The position numbers were made by a program, and so were the translations under genes. A DNA stretch of 57,552 bases, the filler included, from Sphacelaria rigidula (lineage: Eukaryota), in assembly GCA_964200075.2 (NCBI GenBank). It is 7 parts of 7 records of this genome, joined end to end, with 100 filler letters (N's around TTAATTAATTAA, not from the genome) between each part and the next. Parts side by side here need not be neighbours in the genome. Positions count along the whole stretch, not along the records: positions 49,417 to 57,552 come from CAXNAA020012169.1; 6 more parts are not named here. One strand, written 5' to 3'. Below the pieces are notes generated by a model that saw only the letters and a program-made list of their open reading frames with translations, was not told the DNA's origin and made no database searches. Within the stretch, counting starts at the first letter, position 1. Each line of letters opens with the position of its first letter. Of the stretch, positions 49,481-57,552 are shown piece after piece.

Positions 49481-50551
49481 CTGGTTGTTACTGCTGCTGT
49501 TGACATGGTTCATACATGTCATGTTTTGCAAAATGCTGCCCTGGAGGATGGCGACCAGTCGCTCCCATCCTTTCAAACGAGCCAGCCAGAACGCCAGCAG
49601 CTTTCCGGCTGACTAAATTTTAAATTTGTCAGACCATGTCCTCACAGGACAGAAGTAAAATCGTTTCGCAACGAGCGTGTAAAAGACGCCCTGTGATTGG
49701 TCGCCGCGATGCTACCCCCGCCAAAACGCCGAACCCTCGTGATTTGTTTTTTCTCATTTCTAGCTATAAATCAGCACATCATGTTGAACTTTCTGAAAAG
49801 AAGTTGGGCTGTTCGCCGAAACATCTCGCGTGAACGGGGGCGTAACTGAGTGATCACAAGGGGGTGTAGGCATAGATGTAAGGCATAACTAAAGCGTTAC
49901 CACATCAAGTAATGAACGTAGTGTCCCAGGATACACAAAGCATAGCTCGAGCCGTAGCTGATGACGAACTGGGTATGACGTCCTTGGTTGCAGTGTAATC
50001 GGTTCAATACTGAATGGAATACGATGATTTGTGTCACGAGCGCGCCAAGTACAACATCCGCAAACGGTCAATAGCTGCATCGATGGCAATTTTGTCGCAT
50101 GATCACAGCCGCCGCTTCTCCACTGTCGAAACGGGTTGTCGTGGATTAAAGATCACCGTGTGGAGACGAGCAAGAGCTAGCGCCAGGTGTAATCCGGCTG
50201 TGCTATGGGCGTCCGTGCTTGTCTGCTTGGGGCTCGTCGCGTACATGCATCGTGTTTGTGCGTCCTTGAGGATCCTTTCGGTGCCCACTGGGTGCTTAGT
50301 CCTGTTAGAGCCTGCATTTAGTGCAAAGCGACACCGCTCCAGACAAAAAAGGGAGTTTGGGGGGGGTGTTCTAGGTAGGATCCAAACTGGTTGTCGTGGG
50401 CCTACAAGTTTTGGCGATTTCCGGAAGAAAGTGAGTAAACGGGGTTTTTCCTGTCCCGTCAAGACACGGACTCAGGCCTACGTCATGCCCATGTGATGTA
50501 TACCCATGTGATGTATGCCACAAGTAGCACGAACAAATTTGTTTCTGTGTG

Positions 50552-50600
50552 GTGTGTGCGTGCGTGCGTGCGTGTGCGTGTGCGTGTGTGTGTGTGTGTG
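50552..50600. repeat. (TGCG)n/(TG)n microsatellite
   Basis: Directly visible. Confidence 0.9.
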
Positions 50601-50818
50601 TACGTGTTTCGAAAACTTTATCGTTCAACAAGCCGCGGGAAAGACCTAGCCGGGACGGCTGTGGTGATGTCCGGATGTTGGCGTATCGTGGCCTTCGTTT
50701 GACATGCGGAGCTCGCTTGCAGTTGTTCCCCTCTCTCCACGCCCAACTGCTTTTGCAAAATAACACATATCTCACACAGGAATACGCACGCACGAAACGT
50801 GAACCGCTCTGCACATTG

Positions 50819-51192
50819 CCGGTCGCCCCGGTGGCTCAGTGGGAACCTCGAAACCTTCTATAGGTTGGGTCGTGGGTTCGAATCTCGGTGCAGTCATACG
50901 ATCTGGGATTTGTTTCTCACACCACACCCAGTAGTGGGGAGCGACTATGTCGTAAATACACGAAACTCGACTTCACGGTCGACGAGAGTAAGGGACCGCT
51001 GAACTCCTCTCGCGATGAAGAAAAAAAAGCAAGCACCACAGGAGAAAGTTGGAGTACTGAAACAGAATATAAAGGGAAAAACTCTTGTGTTGGCCTTCCT
51101 CCTGTGTGACCCCGGCTGGTGCGCCCACATATACCAAAAGATGTAGACTGGCGTCCAGGATGGATGGGATGACAACACACACAACACAACAC
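50819..51192 (+). mobile_element. Full-length tRNA-derived SINE
   Basis: GGTGGCTCAGTGGG A box, GGTTCGAATC B box, ~370 bp, (CA/CAA) tail. Confidence 0.9.
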
Positions 51193-52284
51193 TGCACTGC
51201 ATTGTGTGTCCTGACGGTAACCACGAATAACATCACACGGACACCCAGCATCATTTTGAGACAGGGTGGGGGGCTGCATAATTGAAGACTCAGCATACGC
51301 ACCGCTGCCGACTAGAAACCGTGCCACGTGTCGCCTTGATGGGCTTGGTGTACCGCTCGCAGTACTACCCATCGCGTGCGCAATGGCGTTGCTTCTTTGC
51401 AAGGCATGAATTCTGCTTTTTATGACTGCATGTTTCACGGCAAAATTTTGACAAAGAAATCTCATATTTCGTGTCATCAAAATCCTCGGCCTCCACAGTA
51501 GGTGCGTTGACATGTTTCTTTTTCTACACATGGTACGGTGGAAATATTAATTTTTCACGATGCTGGGACAGGCAGTTGTTTCGGTCAGCGGCGCTCATCG
51601 AACCGGCAAGTGGAATTCGCGAGTCGCTTCACTGCTTTGCTGTGTACCTTATGCCCTCCTTCGCCACAAAAAGTGGTAAGAATGGCGAATAAAGGGGGTA
51701 GATATACTGTTCCGGGCATGAATATCTTCGAGGAAAAGTAGTTCCACTATGTGCGTGAGTTTGGAATAACTGGCCAAGGTTCCTGCTGGTACTACAACCC
51801 GTCATATACCTATGCGCAGGTGGTGCCTGTCGACGGGCATTGACAGGACCTTTCTCGGTTTTCAGTGACACCAACATGGCATTTTCGCACGGTTCCATAC
51901 TACACGCAAGTAGCTTGATGGAGGTGGGTCATGCTACATGAGAATGATAACACATAAGGGGTGCTGTGAAACGGGTCGTTGAGACGTTTTGGGCTCGCCG
52001 ATACGCCAAATTGACCATATCAGACCTCGTACTCTACAACACGTTGTTCACCACTTCTACAGGTCGATACAGCTACAGTACGTCCGCGACATACGCAGGC
52101 GGGTGTCGCGTGCATTTTCTTTGTCTTCTTTTTTTTTGGGCCCCCCTGTGGCTAATTCGCCGCAGTCATCCGACAAACGGCTCTTGCATATCCGCCCCTT
52201 GTGTATTTCGCATCAAATAGCAGCCGACTCGTGGAGCATTGCCTCTTTTGTAGACCCAGAATTTTACACATTCCGCAACTTTAT

Positions 52285-52422
52285 CACACCCTGGACAAAA
52301 TATTATATTGTAAAAAAATGTACTGCATACAGTATTGAATATATTGTATGTTGCAATAGGCGCAACAGTCGATACTGTACGCAGTACACGTTTTGACTGT
52401 GTATTCTATTGTCCAGGGTATG
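52285..52422. mobile_element. ~140-bp MITE, CACACCCTGGACA TIR family
   Basis: TIRs present; flanks AACTTTAT/AACTTTTC (6/8); reverse complement of 34896-35031. Confidence 0.82.
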
Positions 52423-52806
52423 AACTTTTCATACCGTCACCGTCCTGTCCACTACATCGCTGACTCGCCCGCTCCCGATTTTCCCCCCTCAAAAAAGAAG
52501 AGAGATAATCAGTGCGCTTCGGGCCGGACAACCCCAGTAGGATGCAGCTCACCCTTGATGGGCCTCGCGAAACACATCATGGCGCTTCGCGCTTGGTGAT
52601 TGAGTGCGAGCCTGTTTTGTCGAAAACTCGGCGTGCTCCGTCCCGGCTTTGTGGGGATGCAAGGTCAATGGCCATATGATTATGGCATGCAAGATCCTCA
52701 CTACACCCCCCACCCCCACCCCCATCTCCCCCCACCCTCCCTGGCATCATTTTACATTTCTGTCGTGCTCTTGGGTCACACGCATGTTTACGGGCACGCG
52801 CCGCAG

Positions 52807-52908
52807 TCCCACCGCAGAGGCCGTGTTCAAGCAAGTCACGGAGAAGGCGGGAGCTGAGAATGACTTTGTCATCGACTCCTGCGGGACCGGAGGGGGAAGC
52901 GAAAACTG
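52807..52908 (+). CDS. Exon of a low-molecular-weight protein tyrosine phosphatase (LMWPc / ACP1-PtpA family)
   Basis: (S)PTAEAVFKQVTEKAGAENDFVIDSCGTGGGSENW matches the LMW-PTP segment SP.AE..F...IDS.GT that follows the P-loop; CAG acceptor and GTGAGA donor, phase 2-2. Confidence 0.8.
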
Positions 52909-53619
52909 GTGAGAGGGAGGAGATGGATGAAGCAATGGGAATAACGCGAAATAGATGAAAAAAAATATGTATTTTACCCTTTTGTGTGTACCAGCACCGT
53001 GCTGTACTGAACTTGTTTATGTTCCAGCAGAATGTGGTATGGGAATCTTGAGTATGTTCTGGCCTTGCTTTATCGAAGATGACTGTCCGGATGCAACATT
53101 TTTCATCATCCGCCTACCCCGACTGCCGCCCGATTGGGGATGTCTGTGTCGGGGTGAGCAACCCCCAAACAACCAAACGACACGACCAAGGCGTAGGAGA
53201 GAGCGGGATGACCTACAGACTAGTCTGTGTTTTGTGTCAACGATGATGCAGCACAGTCTAGAAGCCGAACCCGGCGACTGCGCAGTTTCACGCTGTACGG
53301 AGATCCCAATTCAATTCCGCAGCTGCAGAGTTGTGCCCGAAGTTGAGGCAGTGTCACGGAAAGCACGTCGATGGAGATGAGGCACGTGTGAGTAAGGTAC
53401 CAGATTCGGTGGATTGGAGGTAACAGCCGGCCCGGGATTGGGAAGACTGCACCCTCCGCATGAGACCCAAAACAAAAGGCAAGTACCGTGACAGACGTCC
53501 GGAAGAAAAATCGGAACAGAAACCAGAACTCGCTCGCGGGATAAGGCGAAAAAGACCTCAGGGGATGGATGGCACAACAGACAGAAATATGTGTAAATAC
53601 AGATAGGGCTAGAGCTAGG

Positions 53620-56305
53620 CTGCGTATCGGGAGGCTCAAAGTGGCGACCTACAACGTCCGTACACTGTACCCCAGCTGGACATGCTGAGGTGGTCCTACA
53701 AAATGTCAGGCGGTGGGATGTAACGTCATTGGACGGCAGGAGACACGGAGAGCAGGCCGAACCGAGTTTCTTGCGCAGGGTACTGTTTCTTCTGATGCGG
53801 TGTGGAAGGGGGCGAGAGAAGGGCTGAACAAAATGAGGTCGGGTCGGCGGTCGAGGAGTCGATCATGAAGGCGAAGTGAACTCAGGCACTCATCAGCGAA
53901 CGCTTCATGTCGGTGGCTTTCAACCTCGCTGACAAATCAAACGCAGATGAAAGTCAAGAGAAAGGAAAGATATGTTCTGGACTGATATGGATGGCATGGT
54001 GAACCGAATGCCCGAAAAACAAACACCACTTGTTGATTTTAATGTACGCTAATGTCAGGACTGGGGTATGAACAGCTGAAGAGAAATGTAAAAAAAGTGG
54101 GGGCATACGGTCGGGATTGCCGAACGGATGACATGAACCGGCGACAGTGATGGCACCCTCTTGCTACACCTTGCAGATGACGACAGGCTTGCCCTGGTCA
54201 ACACACTCCTCTCCACCCCCAAGGGAAGCTGTCGCATACGTTCAACGGTGTTGCGAATCGTCCCGCGGACAAACTCGCATTGACTACACCCGCACGCGGC
54301 AAGATCACTGCAAGCTTGTTCGCAATGTCACCGTCCACCTTCAACTACCTAACTCGCCGGACTCTGGCCACAAAATCATGTGCGACTCAGTGCAGCTCCT
54401 TGGTCGCTCCGCACACAGCTGTTCTATGCGAATCCCAATTGGGCGCAAGCCGGTCGACAGACGGGCAATATGACACTGACAGTCGTGGACAACTCACCGA
54501 CCTCATCATCGACCTCAAGCAGAGTAGAACTGGCGATATAGTCACTGTACTGGCTGCGAAAATTGCTTTGGATGTTCTGCACCGCTTCCACAGCATCATC
54601 GCTGCGCTCTGGACACCTGGCGAGGTGCCGCAGGAGTGGAAAGGTGCCACCATCAGAGTGCTAAACGGGAGAGATAGGACCGGGTGTGGTAGCCACACTG
54701 GCAATCTCACTCGTTGCACATGCCAGTACAGTCCTCCTCAAAGTCATAGCCGATAGGCTCAATAGTTTCTGTGGGGAGGCATGAATCTTCCCGAAGGAGC
54801 AGCGCGGATCCCGGCGCCAAGGATCGACCACGGACACGATGTTGGTGGTATGGCGACTACAGAACTTGGAATGGGCGAGCATTACCCCGCTAAACATGTG
54901 CGTCTTTCACGCGTAGGAGGCCTACGATTTCGTACACCGTGCGCGCCTGCGGCAAGTGCTTGCCCAGTCTGGAGTCCCACCGCGAATGATCGCGGTCATC
55001 CGAATGTTTCACGACGGCATGCGAGCTCGGGTACAGGAGCATGATGGCGAACTACAAGCGTGGTTCCGCGTCTGCCCGGAGCTCAGACAAGGTTGCGTTT
55101 TGTCCCCGCCGTTGTTCAGCATCTTCGGCGCAAGCTTGGTAGACGCGATCGTACAGCGATTCGCAGCGGACTCAGCCATCGTCTCTGTCTCGGTATTCCT
55201 AGATGATGCGCCAAAAGGCGACAATGGTTATCTTTCAGAAGAAACGCTCCTAGAGAAGACATGCCGCGTTGTGTGGACAATGCTTTATGCGGATGACGCC
55301 GGCATTGTCTCTCGGTCCCCAGGTGGGCTGGCTAGAATGATGGCCGTTGGAGTGGTGGCCTGTCAAGAGTTCGGTGAGACAGTATCATGAAGTAAGACAG
55401 TGTCCATGCGTCTGTGGTCAGTACCCAGCTTCGCAGAGACCGCCCTGGACATCAGCGCGGCCGGTCAATAGCATAAGCGGGGCGACCAAGTTTGTCTACC
55501 TTAGTGGTGCTGTCAGCGCGGATGCCACAATGTTCACCGAAATCATCCGCCACGATGTTCACCGAAATAACAATTCTCAACCCTACGATCGACACACCGC
55601 CCCGCTATCGCTGAAAATCCTGCGGCTTGAAGCGGAGGTGGTGGAAGCTCTGTTGTGCGGACGTGGTACATGGACGCTGTGGCCCGAGGACTTCGATGGT
55701 CTGCGCACTGCTCACCATGAGAGTTTGCTGGGAGTGGTTGTCTTCTGCAGGAAAGACGGAACGAGCCACAAGACTCTTTCGTACAGTGCTGTGGTCGAGA
55801 TCACCGACTGCGAACGTATCGAAACGATCATCCGCAGGTGTCAACCCTGGCTCGCGGGTGCCCTTGCTAGGCAAGACCAAACATGTCTTCCAAAACGCGT
55901 CATGCACGGACGGATAGCTGCACAAGGGCCCAAGGAGGCTGCCCCCCCCCCACCTAAACACTGGGGAGGGGACAATCTCCAGGAGAACCTACTTGCTCTA
56001 GGTGCCCTTCCTGGCAAAGTGACGCAACGGAAATGATGAGTCTACGGTGTGAATGGGAACCACGTCTACGGCTGGGTTATTGCGGCGTAGAACATGGACA
56101 GGTGGAACCTCGAAGTCGGGAAAGGGCGGAAGCGTACGACGACACGCGACGACTCGATGACGAACGCGAATTGGACCTCCGCCACAAACGAGAGGCTAAG
56201 GCGTTGACAGCCGCCAATCGGAGAGCTACCACCGCTAGCACAACAGCTCACGAGAAATCCTGGATGGAAATGCCCGGGAGAGTGGCCTGCTTTGTACTGG
56301 GTTAG
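53620..56305 (+). mobile_element. Degenerate RTE-type LINE (APE endonuclease + RT)
   Basis: KVATYNVRTL and QETRR endonuclease motifs; GEVPQEWK, LRQGCVLSPPLF, MLYADDAG, PKRVMHG; many frameshifts. Confidence 0.88.
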
Positions 56306-57194
56306 CGATGAACGGGGGAAGATGGGCTCAAGTACACGGAAATCCTCCCTTACTATCGGCTATTGGCTTTGCCCTTGATTTTGTCCCTGACTGGTGGTCT
56401 CGTGGTGTTCCCTGGTTTGTGTGTTCGTATCTGCTCTGCTCTACTGTACGGTGTCCTTGGGCTTTATCACTTGTGTTGTCGCCTTCACTGTCCTCTCTTC
56501 CCTTCCCCATCTCTATTCCTCTTCATGTGTGTGTTCATTCCTCGCGTTGTGTGCAAATCGCACTTTCGTACCTCGCGTCCGTATGGTTTATGGTTGAGGG
56601 CTCATCCCCCAAACAGTGCGGCCGAAATAGATTAGCCTCAATCTGTCCCTACGGATTTTTATATATTTTTTCGTTTGGGTATGAAGGCGTGTGCTGTTGC
56701 TCAAGACGTTTTTTTCACCTGAAGACATGTAGCAGAGGCTGGCCATTTCTAGTAAATTTTTTACTATCACTGTTTTGTACGTCTCCTCTGTTTGTCTGTC
56801 CCACCTTTCTGTTTTCCTCAGTTCTCGTCAGCGAGTGTTTTCCATTTCATTCTATCTGGGGTACGTCAATCATGCGACCACGGCTGAATCCGTGGGGGAT
56901 CATTTCATGTGCGCCAATGAATGGATCGATCAATCACTACACAAGAAGACATGGGCGTATTCATTTTCTCTGCAATACCGTAAAGACAATATTTGCGCAG
57001 TTAACCCTGCGACAGCGACCCCCCCGCCGGTGGACTGCGAGGGACTGTGTCACATTTGGGGTTCACAGCAGCTATTTTCTCGGTACACAAAACGCCTTTT
57101 TTCGTGTTCATGTGGATGTTGGGCGTCTATCTAGGGAATAGTTCAGCAGAGCCCCTGACCGGTTTTGACCTTGCAATCTTGTTTTGCGTGCAGA

Positions 57195-57545
57195 GTCATT
57201 ATGTATGTATGTGTGCTCAATGTCTTTGCCGGATACAGCGGCAAGAAACAGTCAGCGTGCCGTCGCTCTACGTTGAAGACAACCTGCTGCATGCTGCTGA
57301 TGTATTTGCTTAGTGTTCCACAACAACACTACAAACAGCGTGAAGCTATGCTGGCAACATATGAGGAGTTAGCCAGGTGGCACAGACCACGAGCAGAGTA
57401 AAAAGCGCGTTGCTTTTGCCCATTTAATTTATGGTTGAACTGTCACGCCCAAAATGAGAAACACGGCTAGAGAACGAAGTAGTCTACCTGAAGCCCACCG
57501 GTAGGGGAACAAACTGACCATTTTTGAAGCCGTAATTGGTCACAA
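57195..57545 (+). repeat. Dispersed repeat homologous to 3300-3605
   Basis: See 3300-3605. Confidence 0.85.
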
Positions 57546-57552
57546 TGAACAC

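Noticed and set aside
50209-50235. SVLVCLG as the LMW-PTP P-loop
   Set aside because: Followed by LVAYMH rather than NICR, with no adjacent splice donor; more like a hydrophobic signal segment.
50819-50895. tRNA genes here and at 27915, 29570-29641 and 35373
   Set aside because: A and B boxes are present but the cloverleaf is broken and each continues into the same SINE body.
56308-57141. 277-aa ORF after the LINE
   Set aside because: Cys/Phe/Leu/Ser-rich translation of T-rich sequence, probably LINE 3' UTR or intron; no recognisable domain.

Overview
This window is eukaryotic, repeat-rich DNA, most likely from a brown alga (inference from repeat style, a TTAGGG tract and isolated GT-AG exons). 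It is not a single locus: seven unrelated contigs of exactly 8136 bp are joined by six identical 100-bp N44-TTAATTAATTAA-N44 linkers. Retroelements: a decayed Ty3/Gypsy element (LTR-PBS-gag-PR-RT-RH-IN, 10479-16310), a three-layer stack of chromodomain Gypsy elements (41181-49316), a decayed RTE-type LINE (53620-56305) and seven pieces of one tRNA-headed SINE family. DNA transposons: many non-autonomous TIR elements, often nested, with TA, 2-bp, 4-bp and ~8-bp target-site duplications. Host sequence is limited to a few putative exons; the clearest encodes part of a low-molecular-weight protein tyrosine phosphatase (52807-52908). The most notable observations are a ~118-bp hairpin with strand-biased G:U wobbles (candidate miRNA or hairpin RNA), a TIR element built from 43-bp repeats in alternating orientation, a GACAC-terminal 4-bp-TSD MITE I cannot classify, a Ginger-like MITE carrying telomeric repeats, and an in-frame RT-integrase deletion fusion. 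I found no intact multi-gene system, CRISPR array, rRNA or true tRNA gene.
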